A program made the translations under genes and the position numbers. A stretch of DNA of 64,000 nt from Sminthopsis crassicaudata. Its lineage: Eukaryota. Within the stretch, counting starts at the first letter, position 1, and each line of letters starts with the position of its first letter. Below the pieces are notes generated by a model. That model was not told the origin of the DNA. It saw nothing but the letters and a program-made list of their open reading frames with translations, and made no database searches. This document shows, piece by piece, positions 46,901 through 64,000 of the stretch. Location of the stretch: NCBI RefSeq assembly GCF_048593235.1, contig NC_133620.1, positions 353,677,261-353,741,260 of the forward strand. Reading direction: 5' to 3'.

Positions 46901-49900
46901 AGGACAGGAGATAAGTTTCAGGAGCAGGTAAGAGCCATTAATCTCTAAAAATGAGTTCATCAACTGTACAGATAAATTTACCAGGGGCCAACAAAAAAAT
47001 TTTTCAAAGTTCTTTGACTGCCCTGATGCTAACACTTTCCCGTCTTAGCAGCAGATATATAGCTCCCATCTCTATCTCTTGGGAACAATTGGAATAAGAG
47101 ATACCCAGGGAGGGAATCCAGACTGTCTACAATTTCCCTTCACCAATTCATAATTGCAAATGCTGTTTATAAACCCCATGTAGGCTCTAAGGAGGGGAAA
47201 GATGTTTGTTAATTTCTCTTGAGATGGGTTTGTTTTCCAAAGGTTGTGGCAAGGAGAATGTCTTGTGTTTCAGTGATCTAGGCCATTTTAAGACAACTGG
47301 TTTGTGATGGGATTTGATGTGGGCCCACCCATCATTTTCACAAATCTGTTTAATAGGAAACTAAACTTTTCTCAGGAGCAAGATTACCCTTGGTCTATGA
47401 GACAAATTTCTAGCCCTTTCTTATTAAATAGTTACCACAATCCTACAATATTCTGGGGAAAACAGGGAGAGCACAAAGCCAACAATCTTGAGTACACTGT
47501 CAACCTTTCAGAAAGATAAAAGTCATAAAAAGAGAAGACAAGTTTGGGTTATTAGTTTGGCTCTCAGCATGAATTTAATACCATATTTTGGCAGATGAAT
47601 TTGACCATTTTCAAAGAGTGATTTCCCTGCTTTTCGGTTTCATCTCTACCTATTACTTCTTCCCCTGGAATAAATTCCTCAATTAAAAAGTTACTAATAT
47701 AACAGGATGGCATATTTTGGTTAAATCAAAAATACAACATCTTTCTTAAATCTGAAAATTTACCTGTCAAAGAATTTTATCACTGGATACAAGTAATGAG
47801 CTACAATGGAAGATAAAAGTTTTTTTGAGTTAAGAGTAACCGGTTTTTTTTGTTTTGTTTTAATCTTTATTGGTTTATTCTTGTTTTTGTTTTTTGCTGA
47901 GGCAACTGTGGTTAAGTGACTTGCCCAGGGTCACACAGCTAGGAAATGTTAAGTGTTTGAGGCCAGATTTGAACTCGGGTTCTCCTGATTTCAGGACTGG
48001 TGCTCTATCCTCTATACCCATTAGCTGCTCCTAACCAACTGGTTTAAGGAAAAATGTGCAGATCCTAACTGTTCAGTCTGTGAGATTATCAACCAAATCA
48101 TTACCATCTTTTAAAGAATTTAATCTAATTATAATATTGGGTCAGGGATTCTTGTGTAGAGGCAGTTTGTTTAAGGTAGAAGGAAATTTTTAAGTACATA
48201 ATATAAAATGCATAGGATTACAAAGGAAACAAATTATACTGAAAAAGGTATCAAGATTTTTTATTTTTTTAAAGAAATTAACAAACCCCAGGTTAAGAAT
48301 TTCTGATCTATGAGGGCAGCTAGAAGATACAATGGATGTAGGAAAATCTGAGTTCGAATTTGACTTCAGTGTGATCCTTGGCAAGTCACTTAACCCCAAT
48401 TACCTTAAAAAAAAACAACAACAATAACAACAACAACAACAACAAAAAAGAATATCTCCTCTAGTAACTCCAAGTATTAATTTATCGGCCAGAATGACCA
48501 TAGTTCATTAGAAACCCAATGTTTTAGCTTCTGATTTTGTTGATTAGTTTAAGAAGAGTTAATAAAAAAAACATTTTTTTCTTTTAAGTTGGGCACTATG
48601 CTAATTAAGCTGTGGGAATGCAAAGAAAAGTAACAATAACTACTTAAGAAGTTCACATTCTAATGAGAAAGTCAACATACAAATGTATGTAAAATATATA
48701 AAAGGTAGGTAATCTCAAGTAGTGAGTATTGGCACTAATCAGGGATTAATGGCTTATAGCAGAAGATGGGATTTTAGTTGGGAATTTTTACCATAGACAG
48801 GAAATGATATAATCACTAACAGGCTTTCTTCACCATCAACAAAAAAAGACACTTGACAAGCTTCAGATTTTTGCATTAGTAATTTTAACATTTTGGAAAA
48901 CAAGTCATAGTTAATCTAAAAGACAAGAAAAATATTACTCTGTCATACACGTGGCTAAGATTTAGTTTATTCTTCTATAAACTTATTATATTACATTATT
49001 ATATTATATATGTTATATTATCATATATAATTATATATGTATTATATTTTATATAATATTTTTATAATTATAATATATATATTATATAATATATATAATT
49101 ATATATATATATATAATATATATTATATTAAATTATATTCTAAATAAAAAAAGTTGTCAGGTATGCAAATTGGTATTATTTCTACAGTAAAACCCTAAGT
49201 GAAATAATCTTTTTTGGAATTAAATACCCATCCCAAGTTTTTAACAAATGGAATTTAATGGTAGATTCAATTTTGTAAAATTAACAAAATTCAAGCCAAT
49301 TCAGTAAGAACCAAAAGCCATGTCACTGAGAGCTCAACATTGTTCAGTACTGATGGCATGAAGTAGAAATCTTCAAAAACAATTTCTAGTACAAAATGAA
49401 AATATAGGTAAAGTGCTGTCTTCTTTTCTCCACCTGTAGTCCTAAGCAGAGTTCATTCTCATTTTAAACTTGGGGGAGAAGGGAGGGGGAATGCTCTGTC
49501 CAAAAGAATCTTTTTAATTGATGAAGCAAGTTCTTTCAATTTTGCTCTAGCCTTAGTCACTTCTTTACTCACATCGCCTGCACAATCAACTAAAGGTGAT
49601 TCTACAGTAACTCCTTCAAGTATGGCATACAAACCCAGATTTATAAGAATATTCAAATAACTCATGTGGAAAACACTTTGTGTACTGCTAATTCAGCCCC
49701 TAATGAATTCCTAATGCAGAGGCCTCCTGAATAGCTGCCTATCTCCATGTAGGAGTCCTGCTTAGAAAGAGCATGGACCAGAAGACCACTTTGGTAAATC
49801 TGGAACCACTTGCTTTTCCAGGGCTGTATTTCACTACTATACTTACTGACTTACAACATGACTTAAGCAAGTAGCTCTAATCTGGTCTTCCCAGAAAACT

Positions 49901-52088
49901 CACTATCTGATTTATTATGTCTTATTTGTTCTCACCACTAATTGCACTTAGGTTGGTGCAGGCACAACCCAAGAGAAGGGAGTGCCTCACAATCTTCAAT
50001 GGTGAGTCCTCAAGATAATTACAAGTATGTACCTGAAGACCTACAAAGGCATGCACTGCTGGAAGGTTCCTGGACATGACTATTATAAGATAGAAGACTT
50101 GGCAAGCCCTAGGGTTAAAAACCAAACTTTTAAAACCATCAGAAAGACAAGGAATGTTTCCTAAGCATTTATCAACGATTTATTAGTTAACCTCAGTGCC
50201 CAAAGAAACTTTCTAAGATTAAATTAGAGAACAACGGTCCATCTGCTCTTATAGAATGAGCACACTCTCAAGGAACTGGTATAGTTAATTCTTTGTACCA
50301 ACTAGGAGAAAGAAATCTAATACAGTAAAGGTTCTTTCTCAGGTACAGGCAGATGATGATCCAAAAAAGAATAGAGCCTTATGACTACAAAGAGCATCCT
50401 ATCCAAATTTTGAGCATGACTTCTGCAATGAGAACAATTTTTGTACTCCTTGTCTAATAGGACTTTTAGTGGTTAATCAACTGTGTACCTACCTAATTTC
50501 TGGGTACCTGAAAAGGAAGAAAATATTTTAAACTCATTTCTCTCTGGTTTGAATTAAGACTTGTTTTAGGCTAATTCCTTCCCTTCCCTTCTTTCCCTCC
50601 TTTTATTGATACCTTTTGATTTACCTTTTTCTTTCCCTCCTTTTATTGATACCTTTTGATTTACATTAATATAACCTCCCCACCAAGGAATCCTCCCTAG
50701 TAATTAAGTACAACAGTCAATAAATCGAATTTGCATGACAAAGCAGATAATATTCTGCCCTCTGTAATGTTTCTTTATCTGTTCTCCAAGGCTTAGGGTC
50801 CACAAGATAAGAAACTGCTCTCCAATTATTGGTGTATTCAGTTATTCTCAATTGGACTTCCTATTTGGATCCTTTCACTTACTTTACAGTGTATATATTG
50901 CTATTTTGGGTCTGCTTATTTCATTCATAGGTTTATGCAAATCTTTTCACATTTGTCTGTTCCTCATATTAGTACCTTCTTATTACACAATAATAGTCCA
51001 TTACATTCATGTAGCATGGTTATTTTGGCCATTCTCCAGCATACTGTTTCCATTTCTAAGCTGAGTGCTGCTATAATTCACTATATGTTGGATCTCTGTT
51101 TCTTTCTGACTTCCTCCTTCTATATAAACTGTGCCTATCTCTCATTCTGTAACTTCTAATGTCAAGAAATAAACAGCATCCTATATATTTCTAAAGAAAA
51201 AGATGACTCAATTGGCTAGAATGACAAAGAAAGATAATGTGCAATATTGGAGGGGATGTGGGAAAACAGGGACATTAATACATTGTTGGTGGAATTGTGA
51301 ATACATCCAGCCATTCTGGAGAGCAATTTGGAACTATGCTTAAAAAGTTATCAAACTGTGCATACCCTTTGATCCAGCAGTGTTACTACTGGGCCTATAT
51401 CCCAAAGAGATCTTAAAGAAGGGAAAGGGACCCACATGTGCAAAAATGTTTGTGACAGCCCTTTTTGTAGCAGCCAGAAACTGGAAACTGAGTGGATGCC
51501 CATCAATTGGGGAATGGCTGAATAAATTGTGGTAAATTAATATTATGGAATATTATTGTTCTGTAAAAAATGACCAACAGAATGATTTCAGAAAGGCCTG
51601 AAGAGACTTACATGAACTGATGCTGAGTGAAATGAGCAGGACCAGGAGATCATTATATACCTCACAACGAAACTGTATGAGGATATATTTTGATGGATGT
51701 GTCTCTCTTCAACAATGAGATGAACCAAATCAGTTCCAATAGAGCAGTAATGAATTGAACCAGCTACACCTAGCAAAAGAACTCTGGGAGATGACTATGA
51801 ACCACTACATAGAATTTCCAATCCCTCCATTTTTGTCCGCCTGCATTTTTTATTTCCTTCACAGGCTATTTGTACATTATTTCAAAGTCTAACTCTTTCT
51901 GTACAGGAAAATAACTGTTTGGACATGTATACATATATTGCATTTAATTTATACTTTAACACATTTAACATGTATTGGTCAACCTGCCATCAGGGGAAGG
52001 GGGTGGGGGAAGGAGGGGAAAAATTGGAACAAAAAGTTTGGGAATTGTCAATGCTGTAAAATTACCCATGCATATATGTGAGAGAGAA

Positions 52089-52161
<73 letters not shown>

Positions 52162-54920
52162 TTTTAAAATTAAACTAAATTAAAAAAAAAAAAAGACTCA
52201 CACCTATCCTGAATACTACTTCTTGAATTATGGATCCTAGCCTTCACACAGAACATTTCAAATACATGAAGTAAAAAATACTTCCCAAAGAAGTAGTTCT
52301 ATCAAATTGTAATCACAAACTAATCTGGTCTTCAGGGAGTTACCAATGGGGAAGTTCAAATTTTACATTTTATATGTCTGAATCCTTTGTATAACTAGCT
52401 TCCCGATCCTAGGACACACCAGTTGATCTTTTCAAGACCAGAATCACACTCATCATTCTGCTATATCTCTTCTCCACCTGCTTACTGTATGCAGGAATGA
52501 AATGAGTAACTATATTTTGGGTATTCTTCAGACAAGTTACCAGAAATAAAATTCCTGAACAAAAATATTGTAAAAAGTTCACAGTATCCAAAGAAAGCTC
52601 GGAATGAAATCTTAGACAAAATATATTTTGTTATTTAAGGTAAATTTTACTAAAAGCAGCAAGTTAAAGATAACATTAAAATACACACATATCCTCCATT
52701 AGAGAAATTCTATCTGTTCACCCCATTACCACATCTACTGCTTCAAAATAATTTCTGTGAGGTAGCTGCAGAAGTTGGATTCTAAGTCACTGTTGATCTT
52801 ACTGTTAATAGGAAAAGGAGGAAGTGATGTGAGGAGGATCACGCTAGTCAAAAACAGGTATCTGGTTTAACCAGCTTCCCAAAGTGGGACAATTTATCCA
52901 CCATTCATTTCAATAAAAACAAATTTATTTAAATAAAATTTATTTCCTACTGGAGGAGAAAGAATGGGTATTTCACATGAAAGAGTCAGAGAAAGAGAAG
53001 AGAATGTATTTTGGAGTAAAAGATATTTTGGAGGAGGGCAGGCCTAGGTGGGATGCTGCTACAAAGAGTAGTTTATAGTCAAAAGGCCATAGTTGAGCAC
53101 TTACATCTCAGAAAACACCGAGAAGCTGTCTTCTTATACAATTTCTAATTTTGCCTACAATCCTCCCAAATACTGCCAATGTCTGATTTACATCAATTCT
53201 ACCAAACTAAACTGAAATTAGTCAGCCCTGATAACAGGACATAATCTGATTCCCCACCAAGATGGATCAGGCTAAAACTCAATGTTACCAATGACACTTT
53301 TACATCATGGAGCTTAGAATTACTTAATTTATTTAAGTTTACAAGCCACGTTCTAAAAATGAATATGTAAAACTAAGAGGTGTATGTAGCTTGTTTTTAT
53401 ATCAGGAGTTTGTGGGAAGTTAAGCTTTAAAAAATAATAGCAAATAAATTTTGTCTTGGTTCTATATTCGGAATGACTTTACTCAATGTTCTGCAGAAGC
53501 TAGTTTGCACTCCTCTATTTGAAAAAGGTCAATAATGTGTTCTCGGTTATCAGCAGAAACCTAAGCTGCAAACAAATGAACAGAAGGACCCAAGTCCACT
53601 GTTATTGACACCATATTACCCATGGCAATAAGAGCTGCTCCACTGATTGCGCACTGTCAAAAGCCTTTAAATTGAATGGTAGTTTTTTCAACGTATATAT
53701 AAGAATATTTTTCAAGCTCAGCTGACTTCACAAATCTCAGTTTCCTTTCCTATTAACAATAACTAAAGATGTTTAAAGATGTTACATAATTACCAAGGAC
53801 ATGGAAGAGTTGCAATCACAGTGGCTTTTGAAAAGGGTAAAAAAGTAACTCACAAATTGTTAATAAAGCGAGTTTAAGGATTAACACTAACTCTACAGAT
53901 TCTACAACTTGAGGGAGAGCAGTTTGTAGGGTCAAAGACAGAGGTCTAATATATGAGTTCAGATCCCTGAACCTTCTTTCAATAACTGGAAAACATATAT
54001 GTGAGTATGTATACATGTATGTTAAATGCTTGCTGTGTTCCAAGTACCTGCTAGAAGTTGGAGATGCAAAGACCAGAAAGGTCCTGGAAGACCTTAACTT
54101 ACACCCATTCTACAGTGGGGGTACAACATGCGGGACTGGAGGTGGGGGGAAGGAAGCACTAGATATGGAACCAGAACATCAGAACCTGCTTCTGCTGTTT
54201 GCTACTTGTGTGACTTCAGACAAGTCAGATTCTCTGGGCCTCAGCTTCCTCATTTGTAAAATGAAAATGCGCTAAGAATTCTTGAGAGGAGATGACCACC
54301 TCTCTGGTCTCAGCTGCAACAGCCAAACGGGGCAGCACGGAGCAGGGAGACAAGACCTGGGTTCAAATTCCAGCCCCTTACCCAAAGCCTTACTTGCTAT
54401 GTGACCTTGGACAAGTCACTTCATCTCTGCCTCAACTTCCTTATCTGTAAAAGAATGCGTCCTCAACTCGATGGCCTCCACCCCCCCACCCCCAGGTCTG
54501 ACTCTATGACCCAAGAGAAGTCTCTGACAGGCACAAGGAAGGTCGAGATGGGAGTGGGAGTGGGTGTATGTATCTACGGGGGAAAGGAAGGGGACGGAGC
54601 TCGGGGCCGCCCTGGAAGCGAAGAGTCGGGAGCAGACGGGGGAGGCCGGGTGGGATCTCTCACCAAAAAGCCGCGTTCAGGGCCAGGCACCACAGGGCAC
54701 TTCTCGCTGGGCGCTCCCATACCAAGGCCGCCTGCACCCGGCTCAGCAGCGGCTCATAGGGCCCCAGCACCTCCAACAAGGCTCGCTGCACCGCCTCCAC
54801 CTGCCGATCCCGGTCGCCGCCGCCCGACAACACGCCGCGGCTCCTGAAGGCCGGCACCGGCCGCGGCTCTGATTCCGGGCCGGCCACAGCCGCAGCCGCC
54901 GATTCCTCGGCCTCCGCCAT
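31943..54920 (-). CDS. RETREG3: Reticulophagy regulator 3 (FAM134C), 472 aa
   Basis: Minus-strand exons 54920-54664, 44931-44825, 37705-37675, 36712-36586, 35954-35870, 35355-35218, 34779-34694, 33652-33520, 32397-31943 (1419 nt, GT-AG). Reticulon-homology segment LSRVQAALVWERPARSALW...; LDDSTVARELAITDSEHSD; LIR motif EGDDFELLDQSEL. Confidence 0.96.
32435..32784 (+). mobile_element. Composite: L1 3' fragment (32435-32643) plus CORE-SINE (32644-32775), within one TSD
   Basis: Perfect 15-bp direct repeat agaaaaatggctgct at 32420-32434 and 32785-32799. The SINE starts gggggcagctagg...gtggatagagtaccagccctaaagtcaggaggacctgagttcaaat. Confidence 0.85.
33732..34030 (+). mobile_element. L1 3' end fragment in RETREG3 intron 7
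   Basis: 'ctcttcaacaatgagatgaaccaaatcagttcc...gaactctgggaaatgagtgtgaaccactacatagcatttcc'; same family as 51700-51960. Confidence 0.8.
40687..41022 (+). mobile_element. L1 3' fragment nested in the L3 fossil, with a perfect TSD
   Basis: 14-bp TSD gaaaattaatgcta at 40673-40686 and 41023-41036; L1 3' UTR with an aataaaaaa tail. Confidence 0.85.
41580..42400 (+). mobile_element. Older L1 3' fragment nested in the L3 fossil
   Basis: 'tagtggagctgtgaattagttcagctatttcagaatacaatttgg', 'gaagaattcagagaaacatggcaag'. Confidence 0.55.
43142..43322. mobile_element. hAT-like MITE
   Basis: Terminal inverted repeats caggacttcttaaac ... tttaagaagctg around an AT-rich ~180 bp core. Confidence 0.55.
43330..44270 (-). 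mobile_element. L2 LINE fragment
   Basis: 'catattgagtttgaggtgccattggaac', 'gaagctctggagaaaggtcaggttggaaa'. Confidence 0.55.
45478..45625 (-). mobile_element. L1 3' end fragment
   Basis: 'aaaacatatgcataggcaattttttccaacaatgacccttgcaaaaccttctgttccaaattttcccc'. Confidence 0.8.
45848..45986 (-). mobile_element. CORE-SINE (WSINE1/MAR1-like) with (TTG)n tail
   Basis: 'gaggcaattgaggtctagtgacttgccc...tttgaactcaggtcctcctgacttcagggctg...caccaagctgcccc'. Confidence 0.85.
47895..48031 (-). mobile_element. CORE-SINE (WSINE1/MAR1-like)
   Basis: 'gctgaggcaactgtggttaagtgacttgcccagggtcacacagctagg...tttgaactcggg...ttagctgctcc'. Confidence 0.85.
48312..48450 (+). mobile_element. Internally deleted CORE-SINE with (CAA)n tail
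   Basis: 'gagggcagctagaag...ctgagttcgaat...ggcaagtcacttaaccccaattacc' followed by an A/CAA tail. Confidence 0.7.
48975..49145. repeat. AT-rich low-complexity (TA)n tract
   Basis: About 170 bp almost entirely A/T. Confidence 0.9.
51200..52195 (+). mobile_element. ~1 kb 5'-truncated L1 in RETREG3 intron 1, with an (AG)n microsatellite in its tail (52080-52158)
   Basis: L1 ORF2 C-terminal text ('tggaggggatgtgggaaaacagggac', 'cagccattctggagagcaatttggaactatgc', 'ccctttgatccagcagtgttactactggg'), full 3' UTR and poly(A). Confidence 0.9.
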
Positions 54921-55328
54921 CTCCCTCCAGGAGCCACAACATCCGGGGCCGCAGCCCTTTAGGTGACAAAATACACAGTGCGCAGGCGCCGGGAATCTTG
55001 GGCCGCCTGTAGCCTAAGTGCGCCTGCGTCCCAACAAGGCTATGGCTCGCCACTGCCGAAATTGTAGAAGCCTGCTATGGCCACGCCCTCAACGCCACTG
55101 GAAAAGAAAGGGTCGAAGCCGGCGATGGACATGCGTAGTGCGCATCAGTGAAGCCCCGAGACAGGGAAAGTGTTTATTTCCCTTTAGCCTTTTGAGCGCT
55201 CTGCTCTCGCCACCAATCAGGCGCAGCGGAGCATATGTTGCGCATGCGCAGTGTGAGTAGCGGGTTGGCTGGCGGGCTAGCAGTAGCAGCGGCTACGCAC
55301 GGCTCCTGGGCCGCAGGAGAGGAGAGCC
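54921..55328. promoter_or_regulatory. Bidirectional CpG-island promoter shared by RETREG3 (-) and TUBG1 (+)
   Basis: Start codons are 408 bp apart, head to head. Perfect NRF1 palindrome TGCGCATGCGCA 55239-55250; TGCGCAGGCGC 54979-54989; CCAAT 55213-55217. Confidence 0.8.
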
Positions 55329-61554
<6,226 letters not shown>

Positions 61555-61700
61555 TAAGGATGAAGCATAGGAGAGGCATCCTTGATCTCATTCATTCACT
61601 ACAGTGTGTTCACACACACCCCTCTCCTCCCCTCCCCCTCCCCCGGGCAACAGCCCACTGCTCAGGCTTACTACTATCCCTCTGATGAGACTTTATCTCT

Positions 61701-61706
61701 AATAAA
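61701..61706 (+). terminator. TUBG1 polyadenylation signal
   Basis: AATAAA 243 nt after the TUBG1 stop. Confidence 0.65.
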
Positions 61707-63419
61707 GCACTGGATATTAAGAGCTAGCAGGAGTCTATAGATTGTGGATGGTATACCTATATCCCTTCTATTTCCCAGTGGATGAAGTTGGGTGGAATGG
61801 TTGAGAAACAAGATCCTCCATTCCCCAACTCTGGGTCTGCAGAGTAAGAGGGCTCCCTCTTCACCATGGGTCTCCCGTTCCAGTTGCTACCCCAGACCTA
61901 ACAGAGGGCCAGCCCTTTGACACTTTTGTCTGCATCCTTGGTTCTGGTTCCTCTTCACATTTCCGGCTGCCTTGCATTAATATGGAAAGTCAATGCAGCC
62001 TCAGCTTTCTACCCCCAAAGCCTTAGGGCCACATTGCTTCACTAATAGTATTAGGACCTAAGCAGGTGCTAGCCTCAGAGCAAGAATGTTGAGCATCAGG
62101 AGTTAGGAGGTAGAGAACAAAGGGAAATTAATAGTCAAGACAACTAGGTCAGAATATACGAGCATTTCCAGGAAGGGGATGGCAGCAAGAGATATAAATG
62201 GGGCTAGCAAGTTGTCCTGTGGTGACCCTACTCTGAGTAAGCTCTCTCTGCCCCCATTGGGAATATGTGCAGATGGATTCCCCAAGAAGGAAGATTCTAC
62301 TTATCAATGAGTTCTTTCTCTGTGTCTATAAGTGTATGAGAAAGGCTTTACAAGCTCCTTATGGTTCTGGTCTCTTGTTTGGAAGAATGGGGAAGAAACA
62401 AAATAAGTTCTTGGAGCCTCAGGAGCCTTTAGAAGCTCTGTCTACTCTTTGCTTGTAAATCATAGTGTTTGAAGTGTTTTGTACTATTGGGCTGGGCCCA
62501 TTGAGTTCTCTCAAGTAAGGTCCATGACCTAAATAGAAACTCTTATCAGCCAGGGATGGTCTCACCAGGTATCAAGTGTAGGAAGAACCCTGAGCCCCAG
62601 TGACTCAGCCAACCCCCAGCTAAAATCTGTTTCATGCCATCTAAGAGAAGGGATTAGTGTGTTATTGTCCTTTCTGTTGCTTCAGCCACCACCTTTAGGG
62701 ATGACAAAGTTTAAGGCTAGAATAAAGAGTAGGTGGAAGTCCTGGTATCCTGGTTGGCAAGAACTCAGAACATGGAGCTAGAACGTTCACTCCATGGAAT
62801 GGTTCTAATTAATGTGTGACAGGCGGCCACATCCCATTGTCTATCTGTTTGAAGAGTGAGTAAGGATTTCTTTTTCCTATTCTAAAAGTTAAACTAGAAA
62901 ACTATTCAGCTGCATTGTAGAAACAGGCTCTTGGGAAAGAAGCTTTTTCTATGTAGGATTATAGGAAGATGGGAAATCAGAGACATTAGTCCTGAGATAA
63001 TTGAAGGCTTTGACTGATGGAAAGAATAAAGCTCTGACCACTGTGGTCTTCAGTTTTCTACGTTCTCCTTCTCAAAATAGCTGGATTGTCTCTGATGCTC
63101 AACTATGATGAAGAGCAGGAGAAAGGGGAAAAGGATTTTGGAATCTCAAGGAGATGTAAATAATCTTGGTTCAACTAGTAAAACAAAGTACAGTGATGGC
63201 AATGGACATCTGTGCCCCTGTTAGTCACTTTCAACCTGATTTTTCTCTTTCTCTTTTAGGAAAAAAAAAAAAAAGTTTGTTATAAGGTTGGTTTTCTTAA
63301 GAGGAAAATCTAGTTGATTTCTTTTTTAGAGGCAAGCAGTGTTAAGTGACTTGCCCAGGGTCACACAACTAAATAAGTGTCTGAGACCAGATTTAAAGTC
63401 AGGTAAATCTAGATGATTT

Positions 63420-64000
63420 AAAAACAAAATCAACAAAAATCTCATTTTTTAAAAAGTAACCAATTAATACCGGTTAAACTGAAAAATAGAAATTTTGAAA
63501 GATCAAAATGGAAAAAGAAAATTGATAAAACTAGAAACTGTTTAAAAAATTAATAAAGTAATAATCTGCTTTTTTAAAAAGGGAAGAACATTGGCACTGT
63601 CAAAAGTGAAAAAACATAGAGCAAATGAAATTAAAATTATCAAAAACGTTTTTATATACTAACAAAACTAATAATGTGAAATGGATACTTACAAAAATAT
63701 AAACTACCCTGATAAACAGAGCAAGAAATAAAGAATTTAACTCAGTATCAGAAAGGGATCTCAAAGGGAAAAAACTCCCAAGATTAAATGGATTTGTTCA
63801 TGAATTGTATGAAATGTTCAAAAGAAAATGGATTTCATTTTTACATGAACTTTGTAAAAATTGACTAAGAAGAGAACTTATATCAAATTCCTTTAATGAA
63901 ATAATACCTACATCAGGGAGGTTTATAGTTATTAAATATTATAATATATATTATATAGTATTAAGAAAACTAATGCAATACCAACAATAAAACATCAGTA
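63420..64000 (+). mobile_element. Ancient L1 ORF2 fragment, preceded by a partial SINE at ~63330-63410
   Basis: Degenerate NKL.N..EMD...KY.LP ('aacaaaactaataatgtgaaatggatac...aaatataaactaccc') and PG.DGF..E.Y..FKE-like text near 63775-63830. Confidence 0.55.

Noticed and set aside
49459-49665. 68-aa ORF with a helical-looking stretch (VSKEVTKARAKLKELASSIKK) in RETREG3 intron 1
   Set aside because: Short, not recognised as any family, no convincing splice context; a blastp/tblastn hit or ribosome footprints would be needed.
61800-63300. Start of TUBG2 or 3' end of the next syntenic gene
   Set aside because: No tubulin-like or other recognisable coding exon on either strand.

Overview
Eukaryotic DNA from a marsupial, probably a dasyurid, judged by its WSINE1/MAR1-type CORE-SINEs and marsupial L1 3' ends. 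The window is syntenic with human 17q21: NAGLU(+), HSD17B1(+), COASY(+), MLX(+), PSMC3IP/HOP2(-), RETREG3/FAM134C(-), TUBG1(+). Six genes could be rebuilt exon by exon into intact, in-frame CDSs: HSD17B1 301 aa, COASY 558 aa, MLX-beta 244 aa, PSMC3IP 216 aa, RETREG3 472 aa, TUBG1 451 aa. The main anomaly is NAGLU. Exons 1-5 are intact, but about 330 codons (~1 kb) of the large terminal exon, including the second catalytic glutamate, are absent; only the last ~72 codons remain. A pyrimidine-rich AG at 8378-8379 could splice exon 5 in frame onto this remnant. This is either a real internal deletion or an assembly error, and the sequence alone cannot distinguish them. Other points: a conserved GC-AG donor with a gamma-type extension in MLX, a tight head-to-head RETREG3/TUBG1 promoter, convergent MLX/PSMC3IP 3' ends, a long L3/CR1 fossil with nested L1s, and an L1+SINE composite next to a RETREG3 splice acceptor. 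Gene and repeat identities come from recalled homologue sequences, not database searches. No prokaryote-type system (CRISPR, operon) is present.
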